Source of the DNA: Daphnia carinata
Lineage: Eukaryota
Direction of reading: 5' to 3'
NCBI RefSeq assembly: GCF_022539665.2
Contig: NC_081331.1
Coordinates: 6,076,001 to 6,140,000, forward strand
DNA length: 64,000 nt
Shown here: piece after piece, positions 15,241 through 26,850 of the stretch
Numbering within the stretch: position 1 is the stretch's first letter
Layout of the letters: every line of letters begins with the position of its first letter
Made by a program: the position numbers and the translations under genes
Notes under the pieces: model-generated
The model's database searches: none
Seen by the model: the letters and a program-made list of their open reading frames with translations, nothing else
Told to the model about the DNA's origin: nothing

Positions 15241-15623
15241 GCTGACTATCTTGTACCATCTTTTGTAAAAAAATTTAAGCTCAATAGATTTTAATGATAA
15301 CTTTCTGTTTTGTTTTAGACTTTTGCTAATACGCTGAAGGAGAGTCGTCAACGTCCAGTCTTGTCGGTGTCATGTTAAGCATCTGTTTTAGGAAGCGTTG
15401 GTTATTGTCGTGGATATTACTGATTGGTAAAGGACGTTCATGGCAATTCGTCTACTGGTACCTATTTACTATTACCCTTCTTAATGATGTGTAATATCCT
15501 AAACGCGTGCAACTAACCTAAGTCGTGACAGGAATCTTTACTATTAGATAGCTATATTTACATTTTCATGTACATCCCACATTGCTGATATATGCATCCA
15601 TGTACATTCATGTGTATGTTGCT

Positions 15624-17173
15624 TTAAGTCCAAGGTAGGTGATTGACAAACATAGTAGTACCAGCGATTACATACGACAAACAATAGAAACGTACACATT
15701 TTCCCGAAACTGAAAGGTCTTGCTCGCGCAACAGACTTAATTGTTCCATAGGAGTGCGATTGTTGGGCCTTTGTGGTTTTTCGCGTTTATCATCCATTAG
15801 CCAACACATTATCCAGTAGAATGCTGGAGATGAAGAGCCGATTAAACGAGTTGAGATCTAAGAAGCGTACAAGAATTAATGGGAGTCTTTCATTCACATT
15901 TCAGTGTTAACGGTTACCTGGACGTGAGCAAAGAAAAACGTAAAAAGACCCAGAAAGATGGAATGAGCTGCGAAAACTCCAGCATCTCGACGAAAAATGG
16001 GATGAAATGGCGAATGACCATTTTTGAATGGATTGTAACCAAATAGAATGTCGAGGTTTTCTCTAACGTAGAATAGTGCATAGAGAACAACAAGCAATAG
16101 AACGGGAAAGGCCAGAAGAAAGTTTGGTACTTGTTTCCACTCAAAATATCGTAAGAATCCTACATTCCAATAATGGGATTGGATGTATGAATACGAAAGA
16201 GGGATACTTTTGTGACACCACACTGGTATTTTTTCCCCGCGAACAGTAAAATTCCCGTCTACCAGGTGTCGATGAATGACTTCAGGGAGATTATGAGAAT
16301 TGTGGAAACAGAACAGTCTAAAAGCATAATACTGATAACAGAGAAATGGAACAACAGTGATAATCACTGATAATACAAATTTTGCAATTAAAACCGGCAG
16401 GTTTTTCCATTTGGTTTGAAATGCAACTTTAGCCACAAAAAACAGCAAAAATCCTAAGTTTACAAGACCATTGGATCTAGTTAAAGTGGAAACAGAAAAA
16501 AAGATGCTAGCCAGAAGAAACTTGTACTCCAAGCAGTAGTAGATACCACCGAATGTGAGTGCACTAAAGAGGGATTCAGAGTAGGGGGCTAGAAAAAAAA
16601 TTGTTGCTGGGGAAAAACAGAAAAGCTCCCATGTTCGAAAGGCAAAATATGGGTTGCTAAACAACTTGACTGTGATCAAGTACAAATATTTGGAAGCTAT
16701 CGTAAAACAGAGAATGTTGATGAGAAGACTGCTAAGTAAAGTAATATTCCAGTCACTGAGTGTGTAGAGACTAAAAGGAGAAAGGCAAATAGCTAGGAAA
16801 CGTAAAAGAATAGGGTAGGCAGGGAAGAATGCAAGACAGTTTTCATGGGTGTAACCTAAGGTTGAAATATGAATAAAATACTGTCCATCCCAGCGTGAAA
16901 ATCCACCTAACGTGAATTCCACAACTGTATCTAACATGCTGGAATTGACTGTGAAATGCTTGTAGGGTGATTGGAATCCATCTGACTGATGATCAGGTAT
17001 TAGATGGTTAAAAATAACCTAATGTGATAAATACGTTATCAACTGGTGTATAAAGTGGGATTGATTATATTACGTACTTGGACAACAACCAAAATTGCAC
17101 GATTGTATAGCATGAACTGAAAAAATCCAGAGGGCAAAACATTTTTGTTTATTTTTGAACTGGGCGCCGACAT
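15624..17173 (-). CDS. PIGV: GPI alpha-1,6-mannosyltransferase 2 (3 exons)
   Basis: RWDGQYF, AFFPAYP, FFLAPYSESLF, TRSNG, YSYIQSHYWNVGFLRYF, PNFLLA, HVQ|ISTRL, C-terminal NHLPWT*; multi-pass hydrophobic protein. Confidence 0.93.
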
Positions 17174-17739
17174 CTTTTTATTTGCGATTACCGTATACCG
17201 TGATCGCGATGAAATGATTTCAAGTATGAGATCTATAAAATTAAAAAAATTACACTGCAATGAAATATTTTTTTAAAATTTATTTTAATATGGCCATATT
17301 TGCCAAACATTTCTACGTTTTGTTTTCGTAGGTTACGAATATTCCACAATGCTGCTTAGTTTTTTCTACGTCACGTGTTCTGCAGACGATCTTAAGTTGT
17401 TTTCAAAAGTAAAATTGTAGATGGTTATGTTCTTAGCCAATTAACTTTATATTGCTTTGCTGTTGTACCTACCTGCCAGTGCAACAGCTTCAAAAAAGTT
17501 TCATCCTTATAGTCTTGTTTCGTTCCAACATAGTTCAGTTTGTTGAATGGTATAGTTCTTGCGTGTCAAACCCCCCCAAAATACGGGACTTATAAATTTA
17601 GAAACGAGTACGGTTTCTGATCGTGGGATCAATTTCGCCGGAAGGTTTGTTCATAAATGCTTTGTTATGAAACTGGGAAGAAAATTTATTGTTTATTTTT
17701 GCAGGTGGAAAAGCTTTTCCCTAGTGGATAAAGCTCTCT

Positions 17740-20700
17740 ATGCAAAGAAATTATTATTCTCTTCTTATTCAAAGATTCACCCTACCCATAAAATTTTCCT
17801 GCATGTCGGCTAGTTCAGGCAAGAGGAAAGTGAAGAATCCACGGATTTCTAAAGTATCACTTCCCACAGTTCCCTTGGTGCAAAAAAAACGAAAATTTGC
17901 TGATTTTATCCCAAACCCAGTCATAATGGACAAAGCTGACGGAGAAAAAAAATTATGCTTAGGAAAAGTTGTTTACTTAGCCAACCCTGTGAAATCACAA
18001 AATGACAAGAAAGAATACAGGTTGGCACAATACTAATTTATTTAACATTTAAAAATTTATTGCTGTCAGGCTTATTAAGAATGGCCATTTCTTCTCAGGA
18101 CACTGCAACTGCCTAATGGAATGAGAGTTTTACTCATTTCTGATCCTAATATCAGTGAAACTGAGCCTGATCTTGATTCATCAAAAGGAGTTGATAACAT
18201 GGCATACAGTTCAGCAGAGGAAGAAGAGTCCGAAGCAGAGGGGAGTGACGAAGAAGGTGAAAATGATGAGTGCGGTGAAGAAGAAGATGGTAGTGAGAGT
18301 GAAACGGACGAAGAGTCTGAAGCGGATCCAGATTCAACGGAATCTAATGGTCACGATAATGGTTTGGTGCGAAAATCAAAGCAGCTAAGCAAAGATGGCG
18401 AGCGTATGGCAGCTGCTGCGCTATGCGTTAATATTGGTAGTTTTTCTGATCCCCCTGATTTGCCCGGTTTGGCCCATTTTCTTGAACATATGGTTTTCAT
18501 GGGCTCAAAAAAATATCCCATTGAAAATGCCTTTGACGAATTCCTTAAGGTATACATATTTTTTCACTAACTTGAGTTGATCTGCACATGCAAAGAGTTT
18601 TTGTATGTGTTGGCAGACGTATGGAGGAAGTTCTAACGCATCAACTGATTACGAAACCACCACTTTTGAATTTGAGATTCATCAGCGTTTCTTCCATGAA
18701 GCTCTTGAAATATTTGCTGAATTTTTCGCATCGCCTTTACTTTTACCAGAGAGCATGAACCGCGAAAAAGAGGCTATTGACAGTGGTAATATGGTTTTGA
18801 CGTTTTTCCTTTGAAATTTGTCTTCTCATATTGATATTCCAGAGTTCCAGATGGCTTTACCTTCAGACTCCTGTCGAAAGCAGCAATTATTTGCTAGTCT
18901 AGCCAAAGACGGACATCCAATGACAAACTTTACCTGGGGAAATTCGTCTACATTAAGTTTGGCTGGAGATCCAGATGGCGTGGAACTAAATCGGCGACTT
19001 CGATTGTTCTGGCAAGAACATTACACTGCCGATCGAATGACCTTAGTGTTGCAATCAAAGCATGATTTGAATCAGCTAGACGAATGGGCAACATCTATCT
19101 TTCAAGGAATCCCCTCAGTCAGTGACCAACCTGCCACTCCACCGAGCTTTAAAGAATTGGGTTTTCCTTTTGATACACCCCGTTTCAAGCGAGTAATCAA
19201 AATAGTCCCAGTGAAGGATGTACACCAGGTTTGTAAAGTCTGGTAAATGCTGTCGATGTAATTTTAATATTGTTTGTTTTTTAAACTTAGCTGTGTTTGT
19301 CATGGGCTTTACCTTCTCAATTGGAGCATTATCGCGTCAAGCCATTGGGTTATATCTCTTGGCTGATCGGGCACGAAGGCCGAGGCAGCTTGTTGGCATA
19401 TTTAAGGCAAAAGTAAGAATTCACAACTTACTTCACGTTCGTCTGTTTACTGAAACTCTTCTTATTTTATATGTTCTCGTTTTCAAAAGAGTATGGGCTT
19501 TGGACTTGGCAAGTGGAAATGATGAAAGTGGTTCAGATCACAACTCTACCTACGCATTATTTAGCATCAACATAAGTTTGACTGAACGAGGCATGGCGGA
19601 GATCGAACAGGTTATCGGTGCCGTTTTCCAGTACATAAACATGTTAAAGATTCGAGGGCCTGATGAACGCATATGGCGCGAGATTCAATCAATTGAAGAT
19701 CTTAGTTTCCGTTATACAGAAGATAGCCCTCCAGTTGAAAACGTGGAATCCTTAAGCGAACACATGCATAAATATTCTCCTATCGATTATATTACTGGAG
19801 ACAATCTCGTATTTGATTATTATCCTGATGTGAGTAGTGTGGCTTCCATGGTAACCTTCTTTATTCTATAATAATTCTACATGCATTCATCTTTTAGGTC
19901 ATTTCGAAATGCATAAACGCCCTTCTGATGGATAACGTTAATATTATGATATTATCTAAAGATTTCGAAAGCTCGAACATCTGTAACCAGGTTGAACCAT
20001 GGTTTCAAACCCGCTATGAAGCCAAAGGTAAATCATTTAACCATTTTACTTACTTAATAATCCAATGAATCTATTATTCCAGCCATTCCGGAGGAATGGA
20101 AGCAGAAGTGGTCCAAGATAGTAGAAGATGAATCACCGTTTGCAATTCCCGATCCAAATCCATTCTTGGCTTCAGATTTTTCGCTTCTTGAACCCCCTTC
20201 AGCCACTATCGCAAGTTCTGTTCCAGCCAAGGTTGACTGCTCTGAGAGTGGCTTCTCCTTATGGTATCGCCCTGACAGCAAATTCCGCGTCCCAAAAGCA
20301 GTTTTGAACTTTTACCTGGTGACACCCATAGCTGTCGATTGTGCTCGAAAGTAAGAGAATTCAGAGAAATTTTGTTAGGCATAATTACTTAATTAATTTT
20401 GTTTCTCTTCAGTGCGGTTCTATTTGAGCTGTTAGCCAAAATGCTTAAACATCAGTTAATGGAAAGAGTGTATGATGCACTAGTAGCCCAGTTAGAATTG
20501 GCCATTCATCACTATGACAGAGGTCTAGTCATAAAAGTGTCTGGATTCAACCACAAACTTCATGTGAGCTTAACTACATACATTGAAAATTGCAGCCTTT
20601 CCGCAATTAAAATTTACCCATATTCATTTCATTTAAATTTTAGTTGTTAATCACTGCAGTTGTAGAGCAGTTTGTAAAGTTTGAACAGAACGTTGTAGTG

Positions 20701-22772
20701 GAGGTTTTCGATGCATTACGGGGGCAACAAGAAAAAGCGTACCGGAACTTTTGTATCAAGCCTACTAAACTCGTTACGTAAATACTCTAAATAATTTTGT
20801 GGTTTATTTTAGCGGAAATTATTTTCTAATGCCCGTTTGTTATTAGGGATGCACGCCTTGCCTTACTACACACAACTCATTGGTCGGTATTGGAAAAGTT
20901 GGAAGCAGTGAAGAGTCTAACCTTAAACGACCTGAAGCTCTTTTCGACGCAACTAAAGGAGAGCTTCGATTTGAAGTGTCTTGTTCAAGGAAATTATTCT
21001 AAAGAACAAGCATTGGAAGTGGCGCTTGATTTCAAGAGGAAGTTGCAAGAAAAAGGACCATTGGACGATCATACATTGCCTCCTATCAGAATATGCCAAG
21101 TACCGTTAGGAAATAAATACTGCCGAATTGCAAGTTTCCATCCATCTGATTCCAATTCGGTAGCTGTAAACTACTATCAAGTAGGACCAACAAATATGCG
21201 CCAGACTGCAGTTATGGAGATTCTCGTCGTATGTAGCTTTAAAATCTTTTCCATTACAGCATCTATAATTTAATATTTTCATGTTTCATAATAATAACCG
21301 TTCAATTTTTGTAAATCCTTGAACAGAATCTTATGGAAGAGCCTGTTTTCGATATTCTACGGACTCGTGAACAATTAGGATATAATGTGTATGCTACACT
21401 TCGGAACACTTTTGGAGTTTTGGGATTCTCAGTTACCGTCGATTTTCAAGCAGACAAGTTCAGGTATCATTTTTACTTATCTTTAAAGAGTCGTGTTTAG
21501 AACAACTTGCGTAAACTTTTATAGCTTTTGCGCAGCTCATGAACATTGTTTTGTGCTCCATCCCGGCAAAAAGTTCGTTGACCGATGTAGTCGCCCTGTT
21601 AGTTGCAATACGGGAACACTGCCGGTGCATATATCGTGCAGCGTGAAATAGTAAACCTATAGGCTGACTGAGAGCGACATGTACGGCAAAGGATTGAATC
21701 AATTCAAGGGCATTGTTTGGCCGTCAAACTCTACAGTCGAGGGGTGGCAAGGAGTCGGGGCTGATATGGGTCAGGCTCAGCTCCACTTCAAGGCCAGCCT
21801 TCAAAGATCGAGTTGGCGGAGGGATTCACGGTGACTAGGCCATGGGGGGAAGATCCGTCTGTAGGTCAAAGACACTGGGAGAAGCTTACTGGGCTGACGG
21901 GAACTAGTCCAACCGTCCCTGATTGTAACACACAGCAAAGTAGTTTCGAGGCCAAGGTCAAGATACTCGTATCCTTGAGAGCAGAGCCTTATCGATCGGA
22001 CAGAGCACTATAGCCCTAGCCGATAGTTTTCGTCATTGATATTTGTTGTTTATCGATTGTTTTTTTTTCAGTGTTACGTAATGCTCGGTTGAACCAATGT
22101 ACCGTAACATGCAGTGATTTCAACCTATTTATTTCCTTATAGTGCTTCACATGTGGATGAAAGGATAGAGGCGTTTTTGAACCAATTCAACCTCAACTTG
22201 AAGGCTATGACAGAGAATGAATTACAAACTCGAGTGCAATCTCTGATAAAACTAAAGCAGGTCCCGGATGTGTCGCTTGACGAAGAGGTATCACGCAATT
22301 GGAATGAAATCCTAAGCGAGGAGTATCTATTTGATCGTTTGCAACAAGAGGTATATTTCTTATAAGGGTTATTCCACGCTTTTTAGAAAATGTATAATTT
22401 TGTTGTCTTTTATATAGATAGAACAATTGCCATTAGTGGGCCTGGATGAAATTCGTTCTTTCTTCGAGCAGTATGGCTTAGCGTTAAAATGTTCTGAACG
22501 AAGGAAGTTGTCCATGCAGGCAAGTTGCTGAAGCTATATCCTTTGCATGTTTTTCCTTTACAATTTTGTATGATTCGCAGGTTATTGGCAACAGCAAGAA
22601 AAACGAGGAACATAGTCTGGAAGAGGATCACAAAACTAAATTACGTTTCTTGGCTGAAAATGGCAAAGAAGTTGATTTCATTCACGATTTGAGTGAACTA
22701 CGTCGGACGTCAGTAATATTTCCACCGCTGAAGACTTTTAATGGTTTACTACCCACAGCAAATGTCCAGTAA
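17740..22772 (+). CDS. NRDC: Nardilysin (M16A metalloendopeptidase), many short exons; start codon uncertain (17740 or a downstream ATG)
   Basis: [25 protein letters not shown] followed by a long acidic insertion (nardilysin hallmark), inverted zinc motif [46 protein letters not shown]. Confidence 0.92.
21520..22030 (+). ncRNA. Candidate structured intronic RNA of unknown family inside a nardilysin intron
   Basis: Intron of about 680 nt versus 55-100 nt for its neighbours; GC-rich core; many nested helices read by eye (see findings). No known family signature recognised. Strand assumed from the host gene and G-U pairs. Confidence 0.4.
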
Positions 22773-23477
22773 AGAAAAAATTGGACAAGTTTTATTCGAT
22801 CGAGTACACAGTGGACCGTAGCCTGCAGTGGTTGTGATCTTTAGAAGATCTTCGGTTGTTTTGATTTCTATATCCTCCTTTAAGTTACTGCGCTCATAGT
22901 TACCAGAATCACTAAACAATATCACCGTTTACGCTTTAATTATGGGCGTTTTATCGACAATATATACCGTGTTTGAGGAGCCAACAGCAAGAAGGATTCA
23001 ATGATGCCACTCTGTGCATTTGACCAAAGGTCATTCCTAAAAGTAAGACAAAATGAGTCTCAAGAAGTCACCACCACCGATTGTTTTAATAAAGCCAACC
23101 GGTAAACAGCAACGTCGGACATTAACATTGTTGCTTGCAGGAATATTTCGTGTGAGATAACCGTCTTCGCTTTTAGTTGTCTTAGAAATTTGATATGTTT
23201 GGAGAACCTAACATTGCAAGCTGGCGCTAGAACTATAACATATAGCTCAGGTGCTGATTGACATAACGAATCACTAGCCCACTATTCGACAAATTCAGAA
23301 AGCTCTCGCCAATTAATCAATCTAGTTGCCAGTGTGGCACGAAAAGGCAATCGTTGGGGTAAAACCAGGGAACGAACTGTTTTTAAAAGTAGACCACGTG
23401 AAGCCAACGACTTCAGTCTAAGACCATACGGCTTGTGAAACTTATTTTTTTACAGGCGCAATACAGATGAGACTAAC

Positions 23478-24335
23478 CATGAACGCTGATTCCGGGGGAA
23501 ATTGTGTTTTATTTCATTAAATCAACAGTTTTGGAAATACACCGAATATTTGTACTGCATCACGCTAGCGCTGTCGCGTACTAGCGTGCTAAGGCGTACG
23601 GAAAATTGAACAAAAATAATACGGCACAATCAGTATCCAACGCTGCTTCTGACGAATCGATTTTTTTTCGTAAAACGAGCCGTTTTTGAAATAAACGGAA
23701 ACAATGTGCTGTAGGCGCACCATCTTTATGTTATGCTTTTCACCTTTTTTTGAATAAATATAACGTTAATGGGAGAATAAACTTAATTTTCGCAATTGTC
23801 ATTCAATTCCCAATCGACATGATGTATTTGTAGCCAAATTAAAAATTTAACCATAACTGAAAATAAGCCCGACAAAATAAGCCCGAAAAAATTCTGACGG
23901 TGTTTTTGACGTTTAATTTAAAATTATAAGACTAATTGGGTAAAAAAACTTGATTTCTGTGAGTAGCGTTCAATGCTGAATCGAAGTCATGTATCTTAAG
24001 CCAAATTTGAAAATTGGCCAAAAATGAAAAAGTGAGAGTGCCTTCCCACTTTTGTCAAAATCCGAAAAAAAGAAAAACTCTTGGAATCCGATAAAAATCA
24101 CACAGAACAAGTAAAATTATATGGTGCTTTCGATAGAATGGATTGTTTTCGCGTCAAATCAATCGTTTTTTAAATACAGCGCATATTCAACACAACGTTA
24201 GCGCCGCGCCGGTACGCACCAGCGCTAGCGCGATACATCACAAGTATTCAATGCATTTTAAAAACGGTTACGACGGGAAAAAAATTTACGACATATTTAT
24301 GATTTTCATTTAATTTCGAATCAAATTCATGTATT
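23478..24335. repeat. Degenerate inverted repeat pair, MITE-like non-autonomous DNA-transposon sequence
   Basis: GAATATTTGTACTGCATCACGCTAGCGCTGTCGCGTAC (approx. 23543-23581) is an imperfect reverse complement of GTACGCACCAGCGCTAGCGCGATACATCACAAGTATTC (approx. 24212-24249). Internal tandem AAAATAAGCCCGA x2. Confidence 0.55.
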
Positions 24336-26467
24336 GTTATAGCTATATCTTGATTTTTGAAATAAAATGAAAAAGTCGGTAAGCCCGACTTTTTCTTGTC
24401 GGGCTTAACTTCTCTCCCGTTTTTTTCGTTTTTCTAAAAAGCTATAAGCCTATGGCATATGGCAATCCGTTTTACATAAAAAAAAAAATGTCGGGAAAAA
24501 AAAAATCGCACTTTTTTCTTTTTTTCCGACACGTAGCCATCTACCGCTCAGACTCGTTATTACTGGCGTAGGCAATTTCAGTCCATTGGATGCCATTCGC
24601 AGTTAGTTCAGTAGCGTGGATGGAGAATAACGCGTGGCTGGAGGAACAAATGAAAAATGGATAAGATAATACAACAAAAGGATGGTAAGTATAAAGATTG
24701 TTATATTGGTTTTCAATTATTAATTATTGTTTATTAGATCAAATTATGAAGCTGCAGGCCCAATTATTGGAACAACACAAAATATTAGATAACAGCAAAG
24801 CTAAGGATGGTAAGGCCTAATACGTAATGATTCTATTTATTTGCTTTTATTCATTTGTGTTTTGTAGCTCAAATTTTGAGTCTACAAGCTCAGCTAGGGG
24901 GAAAAAACAAATTGGAACGGAACAGTTTCCAAACAGTGAAAGAGGTTTTTCAAAACTCTTCCCTAACTGAACATTAGGATGAGTTGGCATTAGGCGAACA
25001 CAGGCAGGTACCTAAACTTTTCAAATAAGAATTCAAAATAAGTATAGAATTTTAACAAACAATTATTTATTGTTTAGTTATTCAGTCCACCACCTGACAG
25101 TGTGTTAAATTTAAATTCTGCTAGTGCTGCACTAAAAGAATCGTCAGTAATAAGTCCATGCAGCGAAGGAATTGAACAATTGTGGGACCGTATTTGGGCC
25201 GAAATTTGGGTGTGGTACTGAAACCGAGATATGGCACAAGTTAAACATAAAACATGGATTAGGTTCTTTTCGGTTTTTTGTCTATCGAAAAAGTTTTTTT
25301 AATGCTATTATTTTGTATTCACAGAATTTTAGCAGGGGATCAAGTCAAGTCTGGAAGTGTTACAGGATGGAAGAGTCAGCCTACAGTTGAAAAACACTGA
25401 AAGTGCATTACCATTAAGGTATGAGCTGCTTCTCTTGCTAAAGAACAACTTGTCCTTTACGTTCAGAGTGTTGGTGAAGCTGGGTACTTCTATCTACCCA
25501 AAAAAATTTATCCAATAGGAAAGGATTTTCATGTACTGGGAACACAACTATCAACAATGCAACATTCTACAGGTGCTAGTTTATCATTCAAGAGCCTTAT
25601 ACAATGATGTTAATCTGCAATTTGTATGTCCTTTCCCAAGCTTCCAACAGAAGTTGAATCTATGAGTCATGTAACTTACATGATAAACAATTGATATGTT
25701 TAATGGTGTTGTTTTTCTTTCCTCAATATAGGTTAATAGTAACATTGGATCTGAAAAGATTCTTGGTTGGGGCAAGACACTGAATAAATTGTATTGATTG
25801 GATGGATGACATGACATTGCTATACTTAATTCGGATTCCCCATACGGTATTTGATATTTAAAAAATTGAAGTGCATATCTGGGCTCCCTTCTTTTCTGAA
25901 GCCCCGTTTCCCCTTGACTCATAATAAGCCCGTAGGGGGTCATGCCCCTACTGTACGGTATATATAAAAACAACATATACCGAGGTTTGGAGGGCTCTGG
26001 CCGGAAAGGGGACGTGGGGTGCCGCTTCGTCCGATGATGTGTTCACGGAGGGTGACGTGGCTGCCCACAAATCCGAACTAAAGGTTAATCGCTCCTGTAA
26101 AAATGTTCCAAATCTTCAGCTCTTCTTCCGGCTTCTCTTAGCCAATCACCGGGTAATCTCCCCGGTGGGTCAACAAGGCAGTGTCTCCCCCTGCCTGGGT
26201 TGACGGCAACTTTTGAAAGGGCTATTGTGCCTTTTTAAAGTTGCAAAAATAATTGTAATGTGCAGAGAATTGTCAATAAATTTTTTTTTATAAAATGTTT
26301 TTTGCCAAAATTTTTTCTTTCATTGTCTGTGTTCGCTTCGTTCACACATTACATTTATCAACTTTTTTTTTATTTAGCTTGCTTAATTCACCTTTATTTT
26401 TTATGCCACCTTTGATGGTAAGCATTGTTTCCCTTGGTTTATCGTTTATCTGTAAGCATTCAATTAT

Positions 26468-26532
26468 TATCCAGGGATCGAACCCTGGATGTTCGGCATA
26501 CCGCGCCGATGCTCTACCAATGAGCCATGAAT
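26468..26532 (-). pseudogene. tRNA-like unit 1 (SINE-head-like; no proper acceptor stem)
   Basis: Minus strand TGGCTCATTGGTAGAGCA (A-box/D-arm), TCGGC-gcggtat-GCCGA anticodon-like arm, CCAGGGTTCGATCCCTGG (B-box/T-arm). Confidence 0.65.
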
Positions 26533-26621
26533 CATATGATGTCAGGTTAGCTTTTTTCTAGTCACTTGCGGACTTGCATTTACACTTTGAATAAAATTGA
26601 AACGTAGTTCTTTATACATCT

Positions 26622-26683
26622 ACCAAGGTTTGAACCCAGGGAAACAGTCACCGCAGCTGAATGCTCTACCACAGAGCTATGAA
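26622..26683 (-). pseudogene. tRNA-like unit 2 (degenerate)
   Basis: Minus strand TAGCTCTGTGGTAGAGCA ... CTGGGTTCAAACCTTGG; A-box and B-box at tRNA spacing. Confidence 0.55.
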
Positions 26684-26785
26684 CCTTATGAAAGCTATAA
26701 AAAGATAAATATATACTTGTGAAAGACTACATAAACATCCTAGACTATAACATATGATATGCGATAATAGCAAATTTAGATATAT

Positions 26786-26850
26786 CTTGTGGCTCAATGT
26801 TAGAGTATCGGCGTTGCACGCTGAATGTCTGGGGATCGATTCCCATACCA
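26786..26850 (+). pseudogene. tRNA-like unit 3 (degenerate; Ala-like TGC loop)
   Basis: TGGCTCAATGTTAGAGTA, CGGCG-ttgca-CGCTG arm, GGGGATCGATTCCC; aligns colinearly with unit 1. Confidence 0.55.

Noticed and set aside
21740..22010. RNase P or RNase MRP RNA
   Set aside because: Partial look-alikes (GGAAGATCCG, CGGGGCT) lack the complementary P4 partner in the required order.
22807..22818. CACAGTGG as a Transib/RSS-like terminus
   Set aside because: No matching inverted end found nearby; an 8-mer can occur by chance.
26025..26045. Hammerhead ribozyme at CCGATGA
   Set aside because: Core is not CTGANGA and no correctly placed stem II and GAAA are seen.
26468..26850. Functional tRNA genes
   Set aside because: No acceptor stem, non-canonical anticodon loops and imperfect T-arms; reported as tRNA-like units instead.
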